Below are positions 30,609 through 39,770 of a stretch of 64,000 nucleotides of DNA, in pieces. Location: assembly GCF_040220315.1 (NCBI RefSeq), contig NZ_JAVJUY010000051.1, positions 1,580-65,579 on the forward strand, read 5' to 3'. The translations under genes were made by a program, and so were the position numbers. The notes beneath the pieces were generated by a model, which was not told where the DNA came from, did not search any database, and saw nothing but the letters and a program-made list of their open reading frames with translations. Position 1 is the first letter of the stretch. Every line of letters starts with the position of its first letter. Origin of the DNA: Fulvivirga sp. (GTDB taxonomy: Bacteria > Bacteroidota > Bacteroidia > Cytophagales > Cyclobacteriaceae).

Positions 30609-31910
30609 TTAGTTACCTCTCCTTGAACCTCCTGAAGAACGCGATCCGCCAGATGATCTGGAGCCACCACTACTTCTGCTGCCTGAAGAGCCTGATGACA
30701 TTCGGCTACCCCCAGAAGATCTGGAACCTGAACTTGGTCGTGAGTAACTCCCAGATCTACTTCCAGAGCTCGGTCTGGAATAGCTTCCTGATCTGCTTCC
30801 AGAGCTAGGCGTGCTCCAACCTGACGATCTTCTCTGTGGAGAATTACCATAGCTACCTGATGATCTTGTTCTGGAATTAGGATAAGAACCATAACTGCCA
30901 CTTCTTGAACCGTTCGAAGGCCTGCTATATGTCGAATTCGATCTTGAACCAGATGAATTTGATCTGTCGTAAGAAGACCTGCTGTATGAAGATCTTGAAT
31001 TAGTAGCCTCAGAATTTACTTCAGAAGATGGTTGAGACCTTCTGTAGTAAGATGATCTACTTGCAGCATTTCTGGTATATCTGTTATCAACCCTACTGTT
31101 TGAGTTATCAACTCTGCCGGTAGTTCTACCATTAGATACACCATCATTTGAAGCAACTCGTGACCTTGTTGAACGGCTTGAGTTAACAGTACCTGTACTT
31201 CTGGAAGAACCAACACCTCTTCTAAAACTTCTGTTACTTCTCGTTTCAACGTTATTAATAACAATTACATTATTTCTGTAAGGGTTAAAGAAAGGGTCAT
31301 TCCAGCCCCAGCCACCACCGTAAAACCATGGGTCGTACCATCCGCCTCCCCAGCCGTAACCTATACCCACATTCCAGCCAGATCTCCAGCCCCAACGATT
31401 TCTCCATCTCCAATCATTCCAGCCCCAGCCCCAGCCAGTACCAAAACCAACTGAAACGGACCATCCCGGACGACCAATAATTCCTGGACCATACCATGGA
31501 TCGTAAAATCCACCCCAATTATTGCCATAAAATCCATTGTTAAAACCTGGGTTAGAATAGTAATAATTATTAACCACAGGTGGGTTTTGACCATTATTTT
31601 CAGGGTTATCCACGTAATAATCATCCTCATAGTATCCATTATCCTCTTGATAAGATTCAGCGGAATATTTAGCTACATATTCTGGGTTTACATTTTTTTG
31701 TGAATAGCTGGTCTCAGGAGCCACATCGTTAAAATTGGTTTTAACATCTTCTACCTGAGGCTGAGCACTAATTTCCTTGCGTGCCTTCTTTTTTGCTTCC
31801 CGGTCTTTTGGTGTGAAATACAGATCGTCATTTTCTTGTGCAATACTTACACTCGAAATTACGATTCCAACTAAGAACAGAATTGAAGTAAATTTAATTG
31901 TCGTTTTCAT
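30609..31910 (-). CDS. Secreted low-complexity protein (Gly/Trp/Tyr-rich middle, Arg/Ser/Gly-rich tail)
   Basis: 433-aa ORF with signal peptide and DDLYF motif, upstream of the FadL-like gene and divergent from proS. Confidence 0.8.
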   Translation of the reverse strand: MKTTIKFTSILFLVGIVISSVSIAQENDDLYFTPKDREAKKKARKEISAQPQVEDVKTNFNDVAPETSYSQKNVNPEYVAKYSAESYQEDNGYYEDDYYVDNPENNGQNPPVVNNYYYSNPGFNNGFYGNNWGGFYDPWYGPGIIGRPGWSVSVGFGTGWGWGWNDWRWRNRWGWRSGWNVGIGYGWGGGWYDPWFYGGGWGWNDPFFNPYRNNVIVINNVETRSNRSFRRGVGSSRSTGTVNSSRSTRSRVASNDGVSNGRTTGRVDNSNSRVDNRYTRNAASRSSYYRRSQPSSEVNSEATNSRSSYSRSSYDRSNSSGSRSNSTYSRPSNGSRSGSYGSYPNSRTRSSGSYGNSPQRRSSGWSTPSSGSRSGSYSRPSSGSRSGSYSRPSSGSRSSGGSRMSSGSSGSRSSGGSRSSGGSRSSGGSRRGN

Positions 31911-31979
31911 GGCACTTTCCTTTTGTTTCTAAACGTAATTTATTGCTTAGTAATTCCAATATAAGGCTTTTTATATCCT

Positions 31980-31987
31980 TATATTTG
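31980..31987 (+). promoter_or_regulatory. -7 promoter element for proS
   Basis: TATATTTG followed by an A-rich leader and ATG 32042. Confidence 0.7.
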
Positions 31988-32041
31988 CCAGCAACAAATT
32001 AATTACTTCAAAATAAACAAAAAACATACCAAACCTTAATT

Positions 32042-33520
32042 ATGGCGAAAGGATTACCAAAAAGAAGTGAAGATTATTCTCAATGGTATAATGAATTGGT
32101 TAAAAAAGCTGATTTAGCTGAGCATTCAGCAGTTAGAGGTTGTATGGTTATTAAGCCATATGGTTTTAGTATTTGGGAAAAAATGCAGGCTGCATTGGAC
32201 AAAATGTTTAAGGAAACAGGTCATTCAAATGCGTATTTTCCATTGTTTGTACCTAAGAGCCTCTTTGAAGCGGAAGAAAAAAATGCCGAAGGCTTCGCCA
32301 AAGAATGTGCTGTAGTAACACATTACAGACTAAAAAATGATCCTGACAATAAGGGAAAACTAATTGTTGACCCTGATGCGAGATTAGAGGAGGAATTAGT
32401 TGTAAGACCAACGAGTGAAGCTGTGATTTGGAGTACATATAAAAACTGGATTCAGTCATATAGGGATTTACCGTTGCTTATTAACCAATGGGCTAACGTA
32501 GTGCGATGGGAAATGAGAACGAGGTTGTTTTTAAGAACGGCTGAGTTTTTATGGCAGGAAGGCCACACAGCACATAGCACAAAAGAGGAGGCAATTGCAG
32601 AAACCAAACAAATGTTGGAAGTATATGCCGAGTTTGCTGAGAAGTTTATGGCTATGCCTGTTCTGAAAGGGGTGAAATCTGAATCAGAAAGATTTGCAGG
32701 AGCATTAGATACCTATTGCATTGAAGCGTTAATGCAGGATGGTAAGGCATTGCAGGCAGGTACTTCGCACTTTCTAGGTCAGAATTTTGCCAAAGCATTT
32801 GATGTGAAGTTTGCCGGAAAAGACGGGAAAGAAGACTATGTATGGGGTACATCCTGGGGTGTGAGCACTCGCTTAATGGGCGCATTAATTATGGCACACT
32901 CAGATGACGAGGGGTTGGTATTGCCACCAAAATTGGCACCAATACAAACGGTGATTGTACCAATTTTTAAAGGGGATGAGCAACTTGCACAAATAGCCGA
33001 AGTGGCAAATCAATTGAAAGTGGAGCTTAGTGCAGATAACATTTCTGTGAAGTTTGATGACAGGGACACGAGTTCTCCGGGCTGGAAGTTTGCCGAATAT
33101 GAATTGAAGGGTGTACCAGTGAGAGTGGCTATTGGCCCAAGAGACCTTGAAAATGGCACAGTAGAAATTGCGCGCAGAGATACAAAAGAGAAAAAAGTTA
33201 TTCCTCTGGCAGAGGCTGCCGCCTACATTAAAAATCTAATGACAGAAATTCAGGAAAATATCTATAAGCGAGCATTTGATTTCAGGGCAAATAATACCAG
33301 CGAAGTAGATACATACGATGAGTTTAAGAAAGTACTTGATGAGAAGGCCGGGTTTGTAATGGCTCACTGGGATGGCACATCTGAAACTGAAGAGAGGATC
33401 AAGGAAGAAACTAAAGCTACCATTAGATGTATCCCTTTAGATTTTAAGGAAGAAGCAGGTAAGTGCATCTACAGCGGAAGACCATCAAAAGGCAAGGTAG
33501 TGTTCGCCAGAGCATACTAA
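32042..33520 (+). CDS. proS: Proline--tRNA ligase (archaeal/eukaryotic type)
   Basis: [44 protein letters not shown]-terminal ATIRCIP and FARAY. Confidence 0.97.
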   Translation: MAKGLPKRSEDYSQWYNELVKKADLAEHSAVRGCMVIKPYGFSIWEKMQAALDKMFKETGHSNAYFPLFVPKSLFEAEEKNAEGFAKECAVVTHYRLKNDPDNKGKLIVDPDARLEEELVVRPTSEAVIWSTYKNWIQSYRDLPLLINQWANVVRWEMRTRLFLRTAEFLWQEGHTAHSTKEEAIAETKQMLEVYAEFAEKFMAMPVLKGVKSESERFAGALDTYCIEALMQDGKALQAGTSHFLGQNFAKAFDVKFAGKDGKEDYVWGTSWGVSTRLMGALIMAHSDDEGLVLPPKLAPIQTVIVPIFKGDEQLAQIAEVANQLKVELSADNISVKFDDRDTSSPGWKFAEYELKGVPVRVAIGPRDLENGTVEIARRDTKEKKVIPLAEAAAYIKNLMTEIQENIYKRAFDFRANNTSEVDTYDEFKKVLDEKAGFVMAHWDGTSETEERIKEETKATIRCIPLDFKEEAGKCIYSGRPSKGKVVFARAY

Positions 33521-33541
33521 TTGAGTTTATGCTTACAAATG

Positions 33542-33573
33542 AAAGCAACCTGACATATTGGGTTGCTTTTTTT
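33542..33573 (+). terminator. Intrinsic terminator after proS
   Basis: AAAGCAACC / GGTTGCTTT stem followed by T run. Confidence 0.85.
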
Positions 33574-33620
33574 ATGTTCTGTCGGTTGTAAGACTTATTT
33601 CGCTCAACTAGACCCTTTAA

Positions 33621-35129
33621 ATGGCGTTTAAGAACGACATGTCTAGATTGGTAAAAAAGTTGAGGCGAAGAAACCGATTCATTCTAGTAGTGCTATCAGC
33701 AATTGGTATTTTACTAGTCTATTTGATTTCATCTACTCATTTACTTCAGAGAGAAAAAACAAAACAACTGATCCTACAAAAACTGAGAGCCATTTCAATC
33801 ACTGCAAGTGAACAAATTGATGGTGATGCACATGAGTATGTTGTTAATACTTTCAATAGTAAAAATGATGTACGTTCATCCAAAGACGATTCTGTTTACC
33901 ATAAGCTGCACGCTCAGCTCAAAAGAATTAAAAGAATTAATGAAATCGCCAGCCCTATCTATACCATGGTTTTTAATGCCGATCATAATGAATATGAATT
34001 TATAGTCACTTCTTCAGATGAACCGTATTACAGACACATGTTTGTGAATTATCCTACGGAGCTAAGAATGAATTATAATATTGGTGGTGTAATTGATGAG
34101 TATAAAACAGAAAATGGTACCTGGTTAAGTGCTTTTGCTCCAATAAAAAATTCGAAGGGTGAAGTGGTAGCAATATTACAAGTAGATCAGGAGTTTGATT
34201 CATTTCTGGAAGAAGCCCACTCAGATCTTATAAAAAATATACTGGTGGCATCTGTGTTATTCGTTCCTTTTATGATTTTATTGTTTTCTTATATGAGAAA
34301 TGTTTTGACCAAAGAGGAACAGAATCAGCTGCTTTTGGAAGAACGCAATGAAGAAATTGAAATTCAGAATGAGATGATTAAAGAGGCGAACTTAAAACTT
34401 GAAAAAGCTAACTTAATTATACAAGCACGAAATGACACGTTGGATAAACAAGTAAAAAAACGCACTAAAGAGCTCCTGGAGGCCAATCAGGATTTAGAAA
34501 CATTTCTATATAGATCATCGCACGACATTCAAGGGCCCATTGCTTCATTGAAGGGCGTAGTGAATTTAGCGCAAGCAGACATTACTAATGGAATAGATTA
34601 CTACAACTTTATTCATGCAAGTGTCAATCAACTGGAGACGAGAGTACGGGGGATTAATGCTGTATTTGAAATTAAAAAGCAAGAGTTGGACTGGGTACAG
34701 TTGAGTATTCGTGAGGTATTTGATGAAGTTGTGGCAGACCAATGTAAAAAGCTAGATTTTAGTGATGTTGACCTAATTTTTGGAGATAATGCACTCATTA
34801 AAAGTGACAGAACGATACTGAATGTGCTTTTCTCTGAGCTAGTAAAAAATTCAATCATGTATCGTGATGGTGAAAATGTCAAGATTCATTTAACAACCGA
34901 ACTTGTAGGGCAAAAACACATTAGAATTACTTACAAGGACAATGGACTAGGAATAGATGCAGATCAACAAAATACCATTTTTGATATGTTTAAAAGAGGG
35001 AATGAGAAATCTCAAGGTTCCGGCCTTGGGCTGTATGCAGTAAAACTTGCTCTTGAAAAGCTGCATGGCAATATATCCCTTCTGAATGCCCGCAATGGCG
35101 TGACTTTTCAAATTAATTTACCTAGATAA
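33621..35129 (+). CDS. Membrane sensor histidine kinase (Cache/PDC-like sensor, HisKA, HATPase)
   Basis: Two TM segments around WLSAFAPIKNSKGEVVAILQVD; H-box SHDIQGP; N/G boxes ELVKNS, DNGLGI, GSGLGL. Confidence 0.9.
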   Translation: MAFKNDMSRLVKKLRRRNRFILVVLSAIGILLVYLISSTHLLQREKTKQLILQKLRAISITASEQIDGDAHEYVVNTFNSKNDVRSSKDDSVYHKLHAQLKRIKRINEIASPIYTMVFNADHNEYEFIVTSSDEPYYRHMFVNYPTELRMNYNIGGVIDEYKTENGTWLSAFAPIKNSKGEVVAILQVDQEFDSFLEEAHSDLIKNILVASVLFVPFMILLFSYMRNVLTKEEQNQLLLEERNEEIEIQNEMIKEANLKLEKANLIIQARNDTLDKQVKKRTKELLEANQDLETFLYRSSHDIQGPIASLKGVVNLAQADITNGIDYYNFIHASVNQLETRVRGINAVFEIKKQELDWVQLSIREVFDEVVADQCKKLDFSDVDLIFGDNALIKSDRTILNVLFSELVKNSIMYRDGENVKIHLTTELVGQKHIRITYKDNGLGIDADQQNTIFDMFKRGNEKSQGSGLGLYAVKLALEKLHGNISLLNARNGVTFQINLPR

Positions 35130-35188
35130 CTATCTGTCATTGATATGACTTTGCACATAGTTAGGATTGGCTTACTTTGCAACCTTGT

Positions 35189-35878
35189 ATGAAGCAACTT
35201 GTTAAGGTAATTATACCAGCCTTTAATGAAGAAAACGGAGTGGGTTCTGTTATAGCAGAGATACCCAATGATATTGTAGATGAAGTAATTGTAGTCAATA
35301 ATGCTTCTACTGATGATACTGAAAAAGCAGCAGCTAAGGCTGGGGCAACTGTTCTGAGGGAAGAAGTTAAAGGATATGGCAGGGCTTGCCTGAAGGGTAT
35401 TGAGTATATCAAAAAACAAGAAAACAAACCTGATATTATTGTATTTTTAGATGCAGATTACTCTGACTATCCTGAGGAAATGAGGGATTTAATAAAACCT
35501 ATCATTGAACAGGACATGGATTTGGTGATTGGGTCGAGAGCATTGGGCAACAAAGAGAAAGGAGCAATGACACCGCAGCAAGTTTTTGGAAACTGGTTGG
35601 CTACAGGATTATTAAAGTTGTTTTATAATGTAAATTTTACTGATTTGGGTCCATTCAGGGCTATTAAATATGAAAGTTTAATAGCATTGAATATGAAAGA
35701 CAAAACATATGGCTGGACTGTAGAGATGCAATTGAAGGCAGCTAAAATGAAAATGAAATGTACAGAAGTACCAGTGAATTATAGAAAAAGAATAGGATTT
35801 TCAAAAGTTTCCGGAACGGTTAAGGGAACTGTCATGGCAGGATATAAAATAATTTGGACCATTTTTAAGTACTTGTAA
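35189..35878 (+). CDS. GT2 glycosyltransferase, polyprenol-phosphate-sugar synthase-like
   Basis: IIPAFNEE, VVNNASTD, GYGRAC, FLDAD, IGSR; about 229 aa with no TM; start moved to ATG 35189. Confidence 0.88.
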   Translation: MKQLVKVIIPAFNEENGVGSVIAEIPNDIVDEVIVVNNASTDDTEKAAAKAGATVLREEVKGYGRACLKGIEYIKKQENKPDIIVFLDADYSDYPEEMRDLIKPIIEQDMDLVIGSRALGNKEKGAMTPQQVFGNWLATGLLKLFYNVNFTDLGPFRAIKYESLIALNMKDKTYGWTVEMQLKAAKMKMKCTEVPVNYRKRIGFSKVSGTVKGTVMAGYKIIWTIFKYL

Positions 35879-35879
35879 T

Positions 35880-37346
35880 ATGGAGTGGTTAGTTATTGTA
35901 CCCTATAGTCTTGCGCTGCTGTTTATATTCATTTTCAGCCTGAGCCAACTTAATCTGACCTGGCATTATCTAAGATCGAAAAAGGCGCTGAGTAAACCTT
36001 CTTTTGAGTTAAAAGAATTTCCCAAGGTAACGGTACAGCTACCCATTTATAACGAAAAATATGTTGTTGAGCGGTTGCTCATTAAAGTATCCCAATTCAT
36101 TTACCCAAAAGATAAGTTAGAAATTCAAGTACTAGACGATTCCACAGATGAAACAATCGAACTTACTTCTGCATTGGTTGACAAATTGAAAAAAACCGGC
36201 CTGGATATTAAGCATATTAGAAGGCCTAAACGAGAGGGCTTTAAAGCAGGCGCACTCCAGTACGGAATGCAAATCTGTAAAGGAGACTTCATTGCTATTT
36301 TCGATTCTGATTTTTTACCCGAACCGGATTTCCTACTTAAAACTATAGCACAGTTTGAGCAAAATACCGGTGTGGTTCAAACTCGCTGGGGGCACTTAAA
36401 TAGAGATTATTCTTTATTAACTGAGCTACAGGCTTTCGGTTTGGATGCCCATTTTTCTGTGGAACAATCCGGCAGAAGCCATGCCAATAGTTTTATTAAT
36501 TTTAACGGAACAGGAGGGGTGTGGAGGAAAGAGTGCGTTATTGATGCTGGTGGCTGGTCTGCTGATACGTTGACTGAAGACTTGGATCTTAGCTATCGGG
36601 CGCAACTAAAAGGCTGGAAATTCAAATACCTGGAAGATTGTGTAGCTCCCGCAGAACTACCTGTTATTATGTCTGCTGTAAAATCTCAGCAGTATAGATG
36701 GAATAAAGGAGCGGCTGAAACTGCCCGTAAAAATTTGGGTAAGGTTTTACGCTCAAGAATGGGGTTTGGGAATAAAATGCATGCCATCTTTCATTTATTT
36801 AACAGCTCAGTTTTCGTTTGTTTGTTAATTGCCGCTCTTTTAAGCATCCCTATGCTTTATATTAAGGATGCCAACCCGAGGTTAGAATTGCTTTTTGACA
36901 TTGGTAGCATTTTTCTGCTAGGGTTTTTCTCAATTACTATTTTCTATTGGGTAGCTACAAAAAGGATGGTTCCAGATGGTACTTCCAAGTACTTTTTTAA
37001 AATATATCCTATGTTTTTAACAGTTTCAATGGGGCTTTCGCTTCATAATGGGCTAGCTGTTTTAGAGGGTTTGTTTGGGTTTAAAAGTGAGTTTATTAGA
37101 ACACCCAAATTTGGGATTAAGAGTAAGTTGGATTCCTGGGAGAATAATAGCTACATTAAGCCAAAAATTAACTTTCTTATTATCATGGAAGCATTTCTAA
37201 GCTTCTACTTTTTCTTTGGTGTAAGTAGTGGTATTTTCTTAAAAGACTGGGGGTTAGTGATTTTCCACCTCATGTTGGCTATAGGTTTTGCGATGGTATT
37301 TATACATTCCATAAAGAGTATTCCAGGTGCTGTTTCTGCAAAGTAA
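35880..37346 (+). CDS. Membrane GT2 of cellulose-synthase-like (CslA/CslC-like) type
   Basis: QLPIYNE, DDSTD, GFKAGAL, DSD, FNGTGGVWR, TEDLDL, QQYRW (D,D,D,QxxRW), FIRTPK; N- and C-terminal TMs. Confidence 0.88.
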   Translation: MEWLVIVPYSLALLFIFIFSLSQLNLTWHYLRSKKALSKPSFELKEFPKVTVQLPIYNEKYVVERLLIKVSQFIYPKDKLEIQVLDDSTDETIELTSALVDKLKKTGLDIKHIRRPKREGFKAGALQYGMQICKGDFIAIFDSDFLPEPDFLLKTIAQFEQNTGVVQTRWGHLNRDYSLLTELQAFGLDAHFSVEQSGRSHANSFINFNGTGGVWRKECVIDAGGWSADTLTEDLDLSYRAQLKGWKFKYLEDCVAPAELPVIMSAVKSQQYRWNKGAAETARKNLGKVLRSRMGFGNKMHAIFHLFNSSVFVCLLIAALLSIPMLYIKDANPRLELLFDIGSIFLLGFFSITIFYWVATKRMVPDGTSKYFFKIYPMFLTVSMGLSLHNGLAVLEGLFGFKSEFIRTPKFGIKSKLDSWENNSYIKPKINFLIIMEAFLSFYFFFGVSSGIFLKDWGLVIFHLMLAIGFAMVFIHSIKSIPGAVSAK

Positions 37347-38670
37347 GAATAAGCTGCTGTGGTTATTAATGGCCTCAAGCATTTTGCTCTATGTCCAAAT
37401 AGCATTTAACACCCACAGATTTGAAAGCTTCACGCTTATTTCTTCGTATAGTCTGGTGTTCATTTTCTATTTAATACTGGTTAGAAAGTATTCTTATTCT
37501 GCAATAACTATTAATTACCTGTTGGGTTTGGCAATAGTTATCAGGTTGATATTGGTTGGTGCCTTTCCTTCGCTATCAGATGATATATATAGATTTATTT
37601 GGGATGGAAGATTATTAAATGCGGGTATTCATCCGTTCACTGAAGTGCCGTCATTTTATATGATTAAAGGGAATGAAGTTGCGGGGTTAGATCAGCCACT
37701 TTATTCAAAATTGAATTCACCAGAGTATTTTACGATTTACCCGCCTTTTGCACAATTCGTTTATTGGGTATCAACATACGTTACTGATTCAATTTATCTA
37801 AGCTGTATAATTATTAAATCATTGATCGTTTTGGCGGAAGTTGGCTCTATTTTCATTGGAATCAAATTGCTGCAGCGTTATAACCTGCCCAAAAGAAATA
37901 TTTTACTTTATGCTTTAAACCCATTAGTAATCCTGGAGCTAACGGGAAACCTTCATTTTGAGGCATTTATGATTTTCTTCTTACTATTATCTGTTTATCT
38001 GATCCATGAGTATTCAATGATCAGATCAGGATTTTTTATGGCTGCTAGTATTGCCAGTAAGTTAATTCCAATCATGTTTTTACCTCTTTTATTAAGGCGA
38101 TTGAAAGCTAAACCCTTATTAAAATGGTATTTGGCAATATTGATTTTTTCGTCATTATTCTTTTTTCCGTTGTTCCGTCCTGAGTTTATTACAGGAATGA
38201 GCGAAAGCCTTGGTCTTTATTTTCAAAAATTTGAGTTTAACGCCAGTATATATTATATCGTCAGAGAAGTAGGATTTTGGATAAAAGGTTATAATATCAT
38301 CGGTTTTGCAGGCAAGTTATTGGCACTATTCTCCTTTTTAAGTATTGTGGCCCTTAGTATTTTTTATCGAAAAAGTGTCAATATATTCGAGTTGATGATG
38401 TTAGCACTTACTACGTATTTACTGTTATCAACAATCGTTCATCCCTGGTACATTACCACAATTATTTTTCTATCTGTCTTCACTAAATACAGATATTCAA
38501 TAGTATGGTCACTGTTGATATTTTTTACTTATTTAGGGTATACCAAAACAGGTTTTCAGGAAAACATGTTAGTAGTTGTAGTAGAATATATAGTGGTGAT
38601 AGCAGTTTTAATTTATGAGATTTATGCAGTTTCTAAGAAAAGAACTCCCTGGTTGGCAAAAGGTGCCTAG
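37327..38670 (+). CDS. GT-C fold polytopic glycosyltransferase (GT87/DUF2029-like)
   Basis: About 11 TM segments; first-loop LSDDIYRFIWDG, TIYPP, NPL, HFE, VHPWY motifs. Confidence 0.78.
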   Translation: MLFLQSKNKLLWLLMASSILLYVQIAFNTHRFESFTLISSYSLVFIFYLILVRKYSYSAITINYLLGLAIVIRLILVGAFPSLSDDIYRFIWDGRLLNAGIHPFTEVPSFYMIKGNEVAGLDQPLYSKLNSPEYFTIYPPFAQFVYWVSTYVTDSIYLSCIIIKSLIVLAEVGSIFIGIKLLQRYNLPKRNILLYALNPLVILELTGNLHFEAFMIFFLLLSVYLIHEYSMIRSGFFMAASIASKLIPIMFLPLLLRRLKAKPLLKWYLAILIFSSLFFFPLFRPEFITGMSESLGLYFQKFEFNASIYYIVREVGFWIKGYNIIGFAGKLLALFSFLSIVALSIFYRKSVNIFELMMLALTTYLLLSTIVHPWYITTIIFLSVFTKYRYSIVWSLLIFFTYLGYTKTGFQENMLVVVVEYIVVIAVLIYEIYAVSKKRTPWLAKGA

Positions 38671-39163
38671 TTACATTTTTTTAGTATTTACCCTTGTAGC
38701 CTGTAATAGTATGTACGCACAAGAAGATTTTAATAAAAAAGTATCATCACTTTTAAAGAATACAGTGCCATTGGTGACCAGTGCTGAATTAGACACCTTA
38801 TTACAGAAAAATCCTAATCTAATTCTGCTGGATACAAGATCCTCCAAAGAATATGAAGTTAGTAAGATTGCGGCCGCAAAATTTATTGACTATGATGATT
38901 TTAAACCCGAAATGGTTCGGGGGATACCTAAAGAGGAGCAGATTGTAGTTTATTGTTCTGTTGGGTATCGTAGTGAAAAAATTGGCGAGAAGTTGCAGGA
39001 GTTAGGTTATAATAACGTGCTCAATTTATATGGCGGCATTTTCGATTGGAAAAATACTGATCACACTGTTATCAATGAAAAAAACCAACCTACTGACAGT
39101 GTGCATACATATAATAAGAATTGGTCCAAATACTTACACAAAGGTGTAAAAGTATATGACTAA
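38615..39163 (+). CDS. Exported single-domain rhodanese-like protein
   Basis: LLDTRSSKEYEVSKI, active-site loop YCSVGYRS, NLYGGIFDW; hydrophobic leader with LVAC; true start may be GTG 38663. Confidence 0.85.
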   Translation: MRFMQFLRKELPGWQKVPSYIFLVFTLVACNSMYAQEDFNKKVSSLLKNTVPLVTSAELDTLLQKNPNLILLDTRSSKEYEVSKIAAAKFIDYDDFKPEMVRGIPKEEQIVVYCSVGYRSEKIGEKLQELGYNNVLNLYGGIFDWKNTDHTVINEKNQPTDSVHTYNKNWSKYLHKGVKVYD

Positions 39164-39764
39164 TCATCTGATTATTTTTGCTAAAAACCCGGAATTAGGT
39201 AGCACTAAGACTCGTATTGGCACTAAACTAGGAGACGATGTCGCGCTGGCTATTTATTATAGTTTAATTCATCGAGCACAACGGGTTACCGCCAACATAA
39301 AAGCCCGTAAGATAGTATATTATTCTTCATTTGTAGATCGTGAAGATTCATGGGATAATAACACCTTTGAAAAGAGGCGACAGGTAAAAAAAGAACTCGG
39401 TGTTCGAATGGCAACAGCCATCAATGAGTCATTCAATGAAAATGCAAAAAAGGTTGTGCTTATTGGTACTGATATTTATGATCTAACACCTCAAATTATA
39501 AATGATGCCTTTGATCAGCTTTCAAATCATGATGTGGTTATTGGCCCAGCAAAAGATGGAGGTTATTATCTTATTGGTTTATCTCAACCGGCAGATTCAC
39601 TATTTAAATTAAGTGCCTGGAGTCATTCAGAAGTGTTTAACCAAACCAAAGAACTAATCGGTCGTGCTGGATTAACATTTTCTTTGCTACCTGAACTTAA
39701 TGATATTGATGAGCCTGACGATTTAAAGGGAACCAATCTGGAGCAATTCCTGATAGAAAAATAA
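39156..39764 (+). CDS. DUF2064 / TIGR04282-like CofC-fold transferase
   Basis: LIIFAKNPELGSTKTRI, VLIGTD, VVIGPAKDGGYYLIG, LNDID..DDL. Confidence 0.87.
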   Translation: MTNHLIIFAKNPELGSTKTRIGTKLGDDVALAIYYSLIHRAQRVTANIKARKIVYYSSFVDREDSWDNNTFEKRRQVKKELGVRMATAINESFNENAKKVVLIGTDIYDLTPQIINDAFDQLSNHDVVIGPAKDGGYYLIGLSQPADSLFKLSAWSHSEVFNQTKELIGRAGLTFSLLPELNDIDEPDDLKGTNLEQFLIEK

Positions 39765-39770
39765 CACCCA

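Noticed and set aside
30640-30810. Possible DNA tandem repeat, VNTR or CRISPR-like array
   Set aside because: Repeats are degenerate at synonymous positions, have no spacers and no cas genes are nearby; they are protein-level repeats.
30572-31639. Alternative-frame ORFs inside the low-complexity gene
   Set aside because: By-products of repetitive Ser/Arg/Gly codons; the 433-aa frame has the signal peptide and the operon context.
35189-39764. Selenocysteine (UGA) read-through in the TIGR04282-linked operon
   Set aside because: All five ORFs end in TAA or TAG and are of full expected length; no in-frame UGA is needed.
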